A stretch of DNA of 64,000 nt from Pavona decussata (Eukaryota): the NCBI GenBank assembly GCA_977016875.1, contig CDRNST010000436.1:5828001-5892000 (forward strand). The letters are read 5' to 3'. Made by a program: the position numbers and the translations under genes. The stretch's first letter is position 1, and each line of letters opens with the position of its first letter. This document shows, piece after piece, positions 1-12,200 of this stretch. The notes beneath the pieces are model-generated. The model was given only the letters and a program-made list of their open reading frames with translations. It searched no databases and was not told the origin of the DNA.

Positions 1-105
1 TTGCTATCCACTGGATAAAATGTGTTAGTTGGAGTACAATTTATCTGCTAGACAGTGGTTTATCTTCTGGATAAAGTTATCCACTCTTTGAACAACTTGA
101 GCCAG
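1..105. mobile_element. End of a degenerate MITE with internal TATCC..GGATA sub-repeats, truncated by the window start
   Basis: Repeated tatccactggata / tatcttctggata units ending in gaacaacttgagccag. Resembles a common cnidarian interspersed repeat (from recall, not searched). Confidence 0.5.
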
Positions 106-167
106 AATGTCTCTTGTTAGCATAAGCCCAGCAGCGATGTTTATGTAGCCATCCCAAGGGCTTTTAA

Positions 168-372
168 GTGTCTTCATGTCCTATGGCTATTTTTTTCTTG
201 ATGTTTTTATGATGTGTAGGCAAGTGTCCCAAGCCTGTCTGATTCTGATGCTTTTTGACAATTCAGTATAGCTCCCATTTGTTATGTACTGAACCTTTCA
301 ATTTATTTGGGACACTTGTCTACACATTGTGGAGATGTCAAGTAAATAAATAGTCAAGGGCCATATAGACAC
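168..372. mobile_element. Hairpin MITE flanked by TTAA
   Basis: ttaa|gtgtct...agacac|ttaa (TTAA at 164-167 and 373-376). Inner arms tgtgtaggcaagtgtcccaa / ttgggacacttgtctacaca. Confidence 0.7.
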
Positions 373-376
373 TTAA

Positions 377-1165
377 GGTTACACTAAACCTTTTTGACTG
401 TGTTACGTACAAAGACCAGTCAGCTGTCAGCTTTAGAGTAAAGTATCCAAAGCTGTACATCATTTTGAAGCTAAAAGAATGGAGAAATGTAAGAAATCAA
501 ACTTCTTAGCTTAAAACTGTACCCACTACAAGAACTTAAGTGCAAATTTACTGAGGTATATAAATGTGAATTAACTGCGCAACCATTTCACTTAGCTTAA
601 CATCCGGTGATTGCAAGATGTTTGGCAGGTATTGGCCACTAAAACTGTCAGGAATTTTTGAAGTTTGTTTTAGTTTTGAAATTATAACCTCAAATGTAAA
701 AAATGGCAGTCAGAAATCAATCTTCAAACTTCAAGTAGCTTTTACGCTGTTTTGAAAACTCTGTCAGGGATTTTTGACAGCTGTTTTCAAAACAAAGTAA
801 AAGTGACTTGAAGTTTGATTTGTGATTTCTGTCTGCTATTTTTTTACGTCTGAGCTTAAATTCAAAACAGAAGCAGACTCTAAATCCCAGGCACAGTTTT
901 AGGGGTCAATACCTCCTAAACATTTTGCAGCCACTGGATGTTCATTAGAGTGAAGTGGTCGCATGGGTACTTCACTTTATAAACCTCAGTAAATTTCCAC
1001 TTAAGGTCTTGTAGTGGGTACAGTTTTTGTGTTAAAGAAGTTTGATTTCTTGCGTTTGTCCATTCTTTTGGCTTTAAAATGATGTACAACTTTGGATATT
1101 TTACTCTAAAGCTAAGCACTTATGGGTCTCTGCGTGTAACATGGCCAAAAAGGTTTAGTGTAATC
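377..1165. mobile_element. About 790-bp fully palindromic non-autonomous element with TTAA TSD (Kolobok-like)
   Basis: ttaa|ggttacactaaacctttttg ... caaaaaggtttagtgtaatc|ttaa. The arms match throughout, e.g. actgtacccactacaaga / tcttgtagtgggtacagt, with the centre near 770. TTAA plus a purine-purine 5' end fits Kolobok better than piggyBac (CCC). Confidence 0.75.
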
Positions 1166-1279
1166 TTAACTTTGCTTGGTTCACTATTATTGTTGTAGAC
1201 AAAAACAACACAGACTAAGTTTGCAGTGAAAAAAGGTTTATTTTTTTAAAACAGTTGTAAAAAAATAAATAAAAAAAAA

Positions 1280-1866
1280 TCTAGCCAACCACCCCCCTGC
1301 CTTTTGGGTTGCTTCCGCTCTGGTCTGAGTTGTTCTGTGATCTTTTGTCCTCATTAAATATTCCAACTTTGAAATCTTGTCAAGTTTTATCTGATCTCAT
1401 AATTTCTAAGGGGTGATGTGAACACTGGGAGATTCCCTGTTGATCCACAAGTGGACATGACAACATGGAAGCTGATGAGGGTTTGCTTCCCTGCCCTCTA
1501 GAGTCCAATCCAACTTAGCCTGGACACCACAATTCCTAAATTTTTGTTTAAGTGCCAATCAGTTTGAAAATGGTTGGAATATGCTTGTTTCATAATTTGG
1601 CCATTCGGTAAAATAAAATTTTCCCCAAATTCAATGTTTGGTTTTAAATCTTCCACTGTCTTGGATGAAAAAGATGAGCGTCGCTGTTCAAGGGCAAGGC
1701 ATTTCATCATAGGAGGAGGAGGACGAGGCCGGTTCAGCGTGCCGTCTACCATTTCCCCGGCCGCACCTTGTCATAGAGCAAATCAAAGATCACATAAAGT
1801 CTCGTGGAGGGTAGTTCTTTCTATGAAGCTGCCAAAAGCGAAATTTGCCGCCCCTAATCCCGACAT
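1280..1866 (-). pseudogene. Decayed ORF of unknown origin, copy A
   Basis: ATG at 1866 is in frame with the 1752->1498 ORF but interrupted by two TGA codons. The 3' part is homologous to the plus strand at 3907-4230. A minus-strand AATAAA follows near 1237. Confidence 0.4.
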
Positions 1867-2464
1867 TTAGTCGCAAAATCCAAGCAGAAAAAGAAGTTAA
1901 TGCGTGAAAGCGCTAAATTGTAAAGAAAGCCGACGTAAATTTTTTGGTTAAATTTTTTATGTTCGCTAGCCTGCGGTAAAACTCGGTTTATTTGAATGTT
2001 GTCTCAACATAGGGTGTGAAACAAAAGGCAAATAACGGCATTTTGACAAAAACTATTTACGGTTTTAAGAGTCATTCGAAATGGCGAAATGAATTATTAT
2101 GCACACAGCTTCGGATGACGTAAAAGCACGTGCAATATTATGCTAATTTGCGGTGATGAAAAACAATCGAAGAATTTAAAATGGTTGGCCGTATGGTACT
2201 AAAAGTTTTTTTTCAATTCGAGTCTTTTGTTTCTTGAACCTAGAATTCTTGGTTATGAAACGGTCTGCGGCATTCGAAGTCAAAAAATGTTATGAAAGCT
2301 GTCATGTTTTTGAATGCATTTTTTGTAAACAAAATTTGTAAGCATGCATAATTTATTGCGCGCCGTGAAAAGGAATTTGTTGTTACGATTTCCTTAGCCA
2401 ATTTATTTTAAAGAAATGAAAAGTTAGGCTAGCCTAACTTATTGCAAATCAATTTTCTGGAATC

Positions 2465-2750
2465 ATATATCAAACAAAGGAAGAGTTTCATCCGATTTCC
2501 AAACCCAAGAAGTGGCTTGAAAAACGAGGCGAAGTCGAGTTTTTTTTTTTTTTTTTTACCAACTTCGAGGTGTTTGGAAATCGGATAAAACTCTTTCGAG
2601 TGTTTGACATAGCTTCTCAAACCATTAATAATTCTTAGAGAAATTCAAACAAAACGTTTACCAAAATTTATGATAATTTAGATCCCATTTCCCAAACCGC
2701 CTTCACGGTAATGATTTCCTGTTTGTTTCATGAATTATTAATGATTTGAG
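2465..2750. mobile_element. Palindromic non-autonomous element with CGAG-hairpin-CGAG core (Crypton-like?)
   Basis: Arms tcaaac..aagagttt.atccgatttccaaac / gtttggaaatcggataaaactctt..gtttga around cgaggcgaagtcgag. Confidence 0.55.
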
Positions 2751-2894
2751 AAAGAGATTTGGACTGTGACATCATTAGACAACAGTACATCTATAAGCAT
2801 TTTGTTTTGTTTTGTTTTTTTAGATAGAAAAATTGTGAAAAGGATAACAATTGATCATTTTGGTAGAATAATAATTTTACTACATAAACCCTAT

Positions 2895-3120
2895 CAGGCA
2901 GCTGGTATATCAGAGAATATTTAAAAAAAAATTAACCCCCCCCCCCCCCCCAAAAAAAAGGATAATGCCCAGGGCTGAAAGATTGTCTAAAAAGCAAACA
3001 GTTGGCCCAGAAACAAAGCTTCAAGGGCAACTGTGAAATTTTGAGGACAATCTTTAAACTGAGGGCATTATCATCCAATATACCAGTAAACCAGAAAGGG
3101 GTTTATTCATTCTATAACCC
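2895..3120. mobile_element. Degenerate palindromic MITE
   Basis: gataatgccc..aagattgtc / gacaatctt..gggcattatc and ctggtatat / atataccag arms. Confidence 0.5.
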
Positions 3121-3327
3121 TCTGATTAATTCCTTGAACACGCACGCTTTAGAAAATAAACGTAAGCTGACTAGTTTTTTGGTTTGAATTGAAACATCTA
3201 AAACCTAAAACTGTGATGTTTTCTTTGTTTTTTCTTGTCAAAAAAATCAGACAACGGTTATTGTCTGATAGACGCTGTCTAATTTTGTACCATGTGACAT
3301 GTTTTGTTAATCAGTGGGTTACAATAA

Positions 3328-3433
3328 TAAATAACAATCGTTTGTCTCATGATGTTGTTACTTAAGTTGTAGATCACAATCTTCTACCACTAAAGTGACT
3401 ACATTATGAGACAAACAATTACCTTATTTATTA
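3328..3433. repeat. Short imperfect inverted repeat (MITE remnant)
   Basis: taaataa..gtttgtctcat / atgagacaaac..ttattta. Confidence 0.5.
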
Positions 3434-3485
3434 TTAGAGAAAATTTGGTTGGTAAATTTTAGTTGATAATTTTTCACCGGGAGGA

Positions 3486-4229
3486 AATGATCAATAAGTT
3501 TTTGGCATAAAATTTGGTGATTATACAAACAAAATTGAAAAGGGCAGTACCCTTTGTTTATCGTTTGTTAATGAAAAACTTTGGAAAATGTTTTGGCTCA
3601 AAGTTAAGAATTTGGAGTGCAAGGATTTTGCGACTGCAGAAAATGCTCAATGCGCAGAAAAACTTGATTAGGCAGCAACACAGCAAGTGGGCTGTAAGCA
3701 TGACGAAGGTGGAGAGTTCCCCACCCTGCTTACAGACTACAAGGCTAAACAGCAAAAAATCCCCTCAACAAGGCTTCCAGATCAATCCGAATTGCTACAT
3801 GTTAGTCGACAGAGAGGGGCGTGCAGGATCCCCAGCCCCTTAATGTCCCCCCTATCACCATCCATCAGAGTAGCCTGATCATAGCCCCGTCACTTTAACA
3901 CCTAAGTTTTTCATCCATGACAGTGGAAGTGAAACAAGCATCTCAACCAAATAACTCCCCCCCGCAATAATTTAGCGATGTGGTATCCAAGCAAAGCTGA
4001 ATTAAACCTAGAAGACAAAGGAAACAAACCCTCACCTGCCTCCATGTTGTCATGTCCTCTTGTGAATCAACAGTGAATCTCCCAGTGTCCACATCACCCC
4101 TCAGAAATCAGTCGATCAGAATAAACCCTTCAAGAATCTCAGTTGGAATATTGCAGAGGACGCCAGAAACACAGACCTTCTCAGAGCCAGAGTTTCCGCA
4201 ACCCAGTGGCAGGGAGATGGTTGGCTAGA
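3486..4229 (+). pseudogene. Decayed ORF of unknown origin, copy B (inverted paralogue of copy A)
   Basis: Overlapping broken ORFs 3514-3843 and 3687-3878. 3907-4230 aligns with the reverse complement of 1280-1672 and ends in the same GTT GGC TAG. AATAAA at about 4282. Confidence 0.4.
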
Positions 4230-5651
4230 TTGTGAGTGTGCTGCCAGTTTGTGTTACCTGCTAACAAAGCTTAGCAAAAACAATAAAATTAATTATTAGA
4301 GATACAAATCAAGCTCATTGACAACACAAAATTAGAAAAGATCCTTCAGCCACAAGTTTTTCATTTCCAAATTCTTACAGGTTTTCCAGAGAAAAGCCAG
4401 AAATAATAATATGAAACAGTTGAAGTTGATTTCTTTGATTAGCAGGTGTCATTTTTTGACCAAGGCCAACATTATAAATTTCATCTTCAATATTGTGTAT
4501 AATTTGTGTAAAGTGGCTGAAAGATATCATCTGTCTAATGAAAAACCCAAAATAAACCATTTCCTCCTAGAACTATCACCTATACAAGCTTAAAATAATT
4601 TCAGTGTCAATGAGCTTGTGTTCTACAAAACAAAGGAAGCAGAATGATTTTGCCTACATATGGAAAAAATTGTTTCCAGTTAATTTGTTTCATTATCCCT
4701 GAAAGCCCCTTATGAGGAAAGGAAAAAATTTTAAGGGATGAAAACAAAAGGAAAATTTGTAAAATAATGTGAATAATGTGTCCACAGAAATTAAATGGTT
4801 ACCTAGTGCTCCATTTTTGCATAACAGCAATTACTTAATATATGTATAACCTGCTTCCTTTGTTTTGAAATGAGTGAAACAGTACTTAGGCCAAGTATTA
4901 AACTACCCAATCATGATCATGTTGAGCATTAAGTGTATTCTACTGTAAACGACAGCTGAGTCTGTTTGTCATTGTTATGCTAAGAATAGACAAATTGGGT
5001 GAAAATACTGATCTGACATCAGTGTGGAATAGTCTAACATGTTATGAGATGTCATTTCAAAGTGAGAATGAATTATCGTCACCATCATTTCAAATGCTGC
5101 ATTGTTTCAGTACTGTCTCCTATCCCAATTTATGTAAATGCTTAATGCAAATTGTGCATTTTTGCTCAACATGATTATGACTGAAATATGTAGGTCATAA
5201 TTTAATGTAAATTTAAAACAGCGATGGACACTATGTACATTAATTTTGAATGATAATGTCATTTACAGGCAAACTCTGAACTTCAAAATTGCAACTAACA
5301 GTTATGTAACATGTAATTTGATCTCAGAAGAAGAATCAATTAAAAGTTTTGTTCTGTCAAAAAGGCCTTGTCCAAGGCTTGTGATTGGTGAGTTTCAAGG
5401 TATCTTGTCCCCTTTTTAATTTCTGTTGGTTGTCACGACAATAATTCTTGCAATTTTCTTGCTATCAGTTGGATTTTGAACAGAAGAATTTGCACTTCAC
5501 TTTGGTTTTTCAGTGAAGTTTGAGACTCATTCAATTTGGCTACAACAAATTATAAAGAAATTATTTTTCTTTAAGAGGTTGAAAAAGGCCTGATAACTGT
5601 AAATCCCTTTCAGCAGTTCCATCACTGTTTTGAAAACAAGTTTAGTGCAGA

Positions 5652-6070
5652 AGTTGGAGGAATAAGATTTTGGCAAATCTCTGAGCATATGAAGGCCAGT
5701 TGTCAGGTCTTCATTTAATATTCTAAATCAGTAAAATAGATTAACATGTGTACATTCTTTTCTTCTGAGAATAAGGTTTTAAATTCAGAACTTTCACCTC
5801 TATCGCAGAAGCTTCATCAGTGAAATGAAGTGTAGAACACGGCTTTTCATCTTATTTTTTAAATCAGAGCTGAAAAGTCATGTTTTTACACTTCACTTTC
5901 TGATGAAGCTTCTGCAGTAGAAGCCAAAGCTCCAAATTTAAAACCTTTTTCTCTCAAGAAAATAATTCACACATGTTGGTCGATAAGAATGAATTTTGCC
6001 GCTAAAAAAGAAATGAATATTGGAATGTCAGCACAAATTCAGTCTGAACAATGACCTTATTCCTCCAACT
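5652..6070. mobile_element. Inverted-repeat element with a degenerate minimal hammerhead ribozyme in each arm (Penelope-like pLTR remnant)
   Basis: Outer arms agttggaggaataag / cttattcctccaact. Minus 5820->5788: CTGATGA-agcttctgcgatagaggt-GAAAGTTC. Plus 5900-5932: CTGATGA-agcttctgcagtagaagc-CAAAGCTC. Confidence 0.65.
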
Positions 6071-6873
6071 GGGTACAAACAAGGGTCTCACTTCTGTGTT
6101 AAAAAATTAATCCACCAATTTTCTTTGCTGCAATCTTTCATGCTGAATTCTAAAACAAATCTCAAGTAAAAGATAATTTCTAGCACTTTATCTTCTGATT
6201 TTTTTTTTTTTGGTTGTTTGTTTGTTTTGAAAGGAAAATGTTAACTGACTGTTGATTTTGATGTTTAGTTTCATGTGATCTGAATACCTCTGAAGAATTT
6301 CTATTTTTCCAACCAGGGAAGATTTACAAATTCTACAAAATTTGTGCTAAAGGGTATTAAAAACCAAAGGAACGCTCTTAGTCTAGTTGAAAGCTGTGTA
6401 GGAGAATAGTAATTTTCCATACCTTTTTTGAGGGAAAAGAAAAGGATGTCTATTTCTTAGTTGTAAAAGCTTCTTTTACTACAACAAAAATGGACACTTG
6501 TTTGTATACTTGATGGCGGCACACTCACAAGAGAAGGAAAAAAAACTTGCCAACGAAACCAGCCAAATTACTGAAAAATTAGAGAATTGGCTTGTGCTAA
6601 AGTTTGCATGTTAAGAAAAAATTTAGTCACAAATGCAGCAGCATGTGAGTACATTGTAAGATTGGAAATTGTTTTTTACCTTTGCTAAATTTAATGTCCA
6701 AACATCCACCTAAAGTGGTTAATTCAAATTTAAATTATGGAACAAAATCAGGCAGTTATGCCCTGTATCATCCTTGAATGGTTGGCAAGCTTAGGTTTGC
6801 TCAGTATTATCTAACCAGCTACAGAAGGAAGATGATGTTTGTTTTTCTGCTTGCTAGGGGTACTTTTATTGAT

Positions 6874-6882
6874 AAAAAAAAA

Positions 6883-6920
<38 letters not shown>
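6874..6920. repeat. poly(A) plus (GA)n microsatellite
   Basis: Directly visible. Confidence 0.95.
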
Positions 6921-6921
<1 letters not shown>

Positions 6922-7421
6922 AAATTGCTTTCATTGAGCTATTGCTCCTAAGAAGAAATGACTCAATTGAGATATTATATATTCTTGAAATTTTGAAGAC
7001 ATGCAAAAATCAGATAGGATGTGGGCTTAATATTTATTATAAACTGAATGTGAGAAAAAAAAAACTTTGTAGCTGGTTAAATAGTAATGAGTTGAAAAAC
7101 TATCAATACATAAAGTGAAAAAAAAAAGTTCCAAAGCAATGGCTTAATTGAATGGGGGTTGTGGAACAACAGCTGGGTGAAAAACCTCCCCGTACGTCCA
7201 CTTGCTCCTAGGAGGAAAACCCCGGGCCAGCTGTACCCCACATTCAAAGACCTCCCGGGCTGGGTCAGAGTTCATTTAAATTTCTAAAGCTTTGGAATAG
7301 TTAATTGTATTAAAAAAATTAAAGTAACCCCAGCTTTAAAATTCAAACCAAGCCATGTGTGTTTGAAGTCATCTGGATTCTTCTTGTCCTTGCTTTCCTC
7401 CAGTCCAATCTCTGCACTTCC

Positions 7422-9240
7422 CACAAATGTCTATCTTCTATCCATCTGGTTTTCTTCTTTGTCTGCCAAAAAAGAGAAAATAACTTTAGAGACTTTGTTC
7501 AATGTGTAACACAAATATATATCTGTTGTAAGATTAATTAATGTGTGAAAAATTTGATTCCAGGCATGTGAATTAAAATTTTTGAGATTTTTGAATGAGA
7601 GCAACAACAACCTGGGCAGTTCTTTGGGATGGGGAAAAAAAGAGTAGAAATTCCTTGAGAAGGAAAAAGTTTGGCCTAAATGCTGAGTACAGAGTAATTA
7701 AAATTTTTAACAAAAATAGTGGTCCGTCAGAAAGTAACAAGTTTATTCAATTTTTTTTCTTGGAAAATTTCTTAGTTTTTTTGTGTGTAACTCTCGCCTG
7801 ATTAAACAGATTACTGTAAACTACACTGCATGTATTTCTTTTGGTCATGAGCGTCCAAATAAAAGACTTCCATTGCCCGAAGGGAGGGGGGGGGGGGGAG
7901 AGTATGGATATGCTTGGGTGTTTAATTCCAGAGAAGAGAGGGTTGGAAACACAGCTTAAGTTTTCTATTTCTTTTGAAACGAAAAATCATACCTAAGATG
8001 ACTGTTTTACTGATCACACAGGGAAAACAACAATAATCTTACATCCAACACCCTCATTCCCTCTAACTTTAGAGCCCTGGAGCCATGAAACTTTTAGCAT
8101 GGAGGCTGGAGCCCAAAGCTATTTTCAGCCTGGAGCCCAGACATAAATCCTGATTTTGGCTAAATATAATGTGAACAAGCATTGCAAGGTTATAATATTA
8201 TTTTATACTTACAAGTAAAAATTGTCTGAGTTCAGACAAGAGCCGGCAAGTTAGACCACAAATGTCTATCTTCTATCCATCAGGTTTTCTTCTTTGTCTG
8301 CCAAAAAAGAGAAAATAACTTTAGACACTTTGTTTAATGTGTAACACAAATATATATCTGTTGTTAAGTTAATTAATGTGTGGAAAGTTTGATTTCAAAT
8401 TTTTGAGATTTTTTAACGAGAGCAACAACATCCCGCGCAGTTCTTTGAATTTGCATGCTCACTCTTTCTTTCATTTTCATTCGTTGTTTTCACTTTTTGT
8501 TCAGGTATCTTAGCCATTGAGCAAAAATTCCTTGACAAGGAAAATGTTTGACCTGAATGTCGAGGAAAGAGTAAATGTTTAACAAAAATAGTGGTCTGTC
8601 GGATGGTCACAAGTTTGTTCAATTTTTCTGGGAAATTTCTTAGTTTTTTTTTATGTGTAACTCTGGCCTGATTCAACAGATCACTGTAATCTACACTGTA
8701 CGTATGTCTTTTGGTCATGAGCATCCAAATAAAAGACTTCCATCGCCTGAAGGGAGGGGGGGGGGGGGTAAGGATATACTTGGGTATTTAAGGCCAGATA
8801 TTTGGTATCACTGTCAGAGGAGGATAGAGGGTTGGAAACACAGCTTAAGTTTTCTATTTCTTTTGAAATGAAAAAATCATAGCTGACATGACTGTTTTAC
8901 TGATCACACAGGGAAGACAACAATAATATTACATCCAACACCCTTATTCCCTCTAACTTTGGAGCCCTGGAGCCATGAAACTTTTAACATGGAGGCTGGA
9001 GCCCAAAGCTATTCTTTGCTTGGAGCCCAGACATAAATCCTGATTTTGGCTAAATGGAGCTCTGAAATATAACCAATGGATCCCTAGAACCGTTATTCTT
9101 CTGTCTGAGCCATGGTGCCCTGAATTTTTTGTGTTGGCCAGTTATTATTACATTCCAAGTATTACAAGGTTATTAATATTATTTTATTTACAAGTGAAAT
9201 TTGTCAGAGTTCAACAAAGAGCTGGCAAGTTGGCCGACCA
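7422..9240. repeat. Direct tandem duplication (units about 7422-8256 and 8257-9240)
   Basis: Both units start cacaaatgtctatcttctatccatc and share long near-identical blocks such as gagggttggaaacacagcttaagttttctatttcttttgaaa, with indels between them. Confidence 0.9.
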
Positions 9241-12200
9241 TCCAGGCAATGATGTAAATATGACACCTCCAGTTCTATAAGGCCTACAAAGACCCTTAAA
9301 ACAGCAAAATACTCTTAAATTTGATGGCAAAAATTATGAATCAGATCCAAATTGAAGGGCTCAATGCCAATTATTTTGAAGCGTCAAGTATGGTAAGGTT
9401 ATTTATTTACGAGTAAAAACTGCATGAGTTGAAACAATGGCTGACACATTCTTTGAATGGCCAACAAGGCAATTATGAATTAAATATTATATCTTTGGAG
9501 TTATGAGACCTATAAAGGCGTTTTAAACGACAAAATACTCTATTTTCAATGGCAAAATTTATGACCAAAATTATTATGATGCACAGAATATAACTGCATT
9601 ATTATTTTACCAGCAAAAATTGTTAAAAAAAAAAAAAAAAAAGAGCAGGAGAGCATCATGACACATTGTCATGTTTAATACTAGGTATAGAAAGGTACAT
9701 AAAAAAGCAAATGCTATGCCATGCAAATTAATTTCCGATTAACAAACAAAAAGGCACCAAGTATCACTAGTTTAATTTGAGACCAATGTCCGAAATTGAA
9801 ACACATAGCCTAGTCAGGCATTGTATAAGCCACAGTACTAGTTAATGTAAAGGAGTAAAAATGGCACTGTAATGAATGTTTGAATTGATTCATTTTAGTC
9901 TAACAGCATAATCATGCATTTCCGTTTTGATCAAAGAAACAATATTTACCCCTTCTTTGTGGTCACTATCAAAGGAGCACGTAATCATTTAGATTTTCAG
10001 TAGTCTCTCTGCTCTCACCACAAACCCAAGATACAAGTTTGTGTTACAAGTTTAGTCAGAAGTTTTCGCGTAGTTCTTTTTTAGAGGCAAGTGAAGGACT
10101 GATATGTCAGTGTTCGACCTTTCTTTTTATTGTTAGTTTGATTATTAAGTTTTTTGCTTTGATTTTGCCTAAATAGTTATTACAGTGATTCCATATTGGA
10201 GAATAAGTGTAATTTAGTCATCGGGGCTGCTCAAATAACCTAGTTCTCAATAGTTTGTTTGCAAGTTTTGAGTTTTGTACAAGTCACGCACATGGTCACC
10301 ATTTGCTATGCTTTATTACTTACAAAATAGTTTTTCTCTTAGCTTATACTGTATTTTATATGTAAATCAAATTTCAGTTAACGGCTCAACAACGATTATT
10401 GCAATTGATGTCAAAGGGATAAATCAAGTAAACTTATTCTACATCAGACTGCTTTATTAGCTCGTAAAATAGTCCTCAATTATCGTCCTCACTGGCTCAC
10501 GACACCTCTTGATAATTCTTGAGAGTTGCTCGCCGCTACAGACATGATCTCTGTCATAGCACTGCACACAAATCTCGTCATAGATTTAAGCCCCCGCCGT
10601 GACTCAGAAAAACAAACTATTCAAAGTATTATAATAAATGCTATAAGAGATTTGTATGGCATTAATGACGCTACTGAGCACTTATAGTTGTGGCCTTTCA
10701 TGACAGATCTGTACAGAAGATGGATGGTTGTGCTAGAATTTACATTTGAAGAGGAAATCTAACTTTGCTAAACCTCAAGTGAATGTAGAAAGGTTTGGGC
10801 ATGAGTGAAAAGAATTTGGAATTATATTACATCAATTTTAGCTGCTTGCTGGAAATCAGTAATTTCAAAGATTTCCTCTTGATTGACCCATTTTTGCAAA
10901 CAAATAGGTTAAATTTTTCCCACATGGAATAGGTGGTGTATGGGGGTAAAAACTGGACTGATCGGTGATTAGTGTGTTTACATTTTTTGCTGGTGATATA
11001 ACCGGTAATTACAGTACGTGTTCCTAACACTGAAAAAACACTGAAAACTGCTCACACAAGGATTTTGAGAACACTAGTACAGCCAAGGGCCTCTCATAAC
11101 ACAGATACGCGTAGATAACCATCTGTTTATTAACTATCTTATTTTTATTAACCATAAAGCTTGTCTTATTCCTTACAAAAATAAATGAAGGCAAAACTGC
11201 AGATCGGAGGGGCAGAAAAAAATATGCAATAACCGGTATATCTTTGTCAGGCCAGTTGGACTGCTTTGCTGATACACGAGTAAACTGAATTTGGCATTTG
11301 GCAAGTGAAGTGATCAACAAATCATTTTCCATGCTATTAAATTAAGGTTGCACAATATGTGTATCCTGCACATCGATTTTCTCTATGACATGTTCTTGAG
11401 AGCAAGCCACCAATTGCACAACATTGCTCCACCTCTGCACAAAATTCATTAAATTTAAGACCATTTTCAGGATACCGTGAATTGATGATACAATGGGAAA
11501 TGAAGAACTGTTTTTCATTTATTATTGCTCAATCGCATGAAACTTTCTGGCTGTGTTTATTGCCATTTAAGCCTATTTTTTATGTCCAGAGTGCTTGCCT
11601 CCTGTATTAAGTCTTTTAGGTGATCACAGTTCTTGTCTGAGTCATGTGGGGAGTCTCACATGACACATATATTTTAAGTTATTTTGCACAGCGCTATTAA
11701 GGTGGCTTACTACAGTTTTTATACTATACGAGCTTACTATGTGCACTCTCTAAGACACGAAAGCGTCACACGCATACAAAGCGACGAAGCCAGCTGAAAA
11801 AATCCCACAAGCCCACAAGCACAAAAACAAAATGGCAGCCCTCGGAAAAAAATTTCCTCGTATTTCAGGTAGGTTTCGGAAGTGTGCTTAAAGTAAAACG
11901 AGAAAATTGGCATCTAAAAATTTACATGGACGCCATTAAACTGGAATTTGACATTTTCTTGCGTAGACAAAAACTTCTTTTTACTAGGCACCCCTAAGAC
12001 CTATAAATATATGCACAGACAGTGGATTCTGATCGGTCAGTCCTTTCTGAAGACAATGAGAACAATAGGGGACAAAAAAGTCCTTCTAGGGGAGGCAGGA
12101 ACCAAATGTGAGTGTGTGTGAAATCGCGGCCGGTTTTGGCTGGCACGGTGATCAATGGGTTAAATTTCAACTTTTTCATCTGGCCTAAACTCTCTGCAGG

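Noticed and set aside
916-1119. 67-aa minus-strand ORF
   Set aside because: Lies inside one arm of the 790-bp palindromic element; the other arm is interrupted by stops.
1400-1500. Cys/His-rich frame (LPCCHVHLW..CSHH) as a His-Cys box endonuclease
   Set aside because: Spacing does not match the motif, and the differences between the two copies favour another frame.
6512-6613. Short ORF MAAHSQEKEKKLANETSQ...
   Set aside because: Only 33 codons, no recognisable domain and no supportable exon chain.
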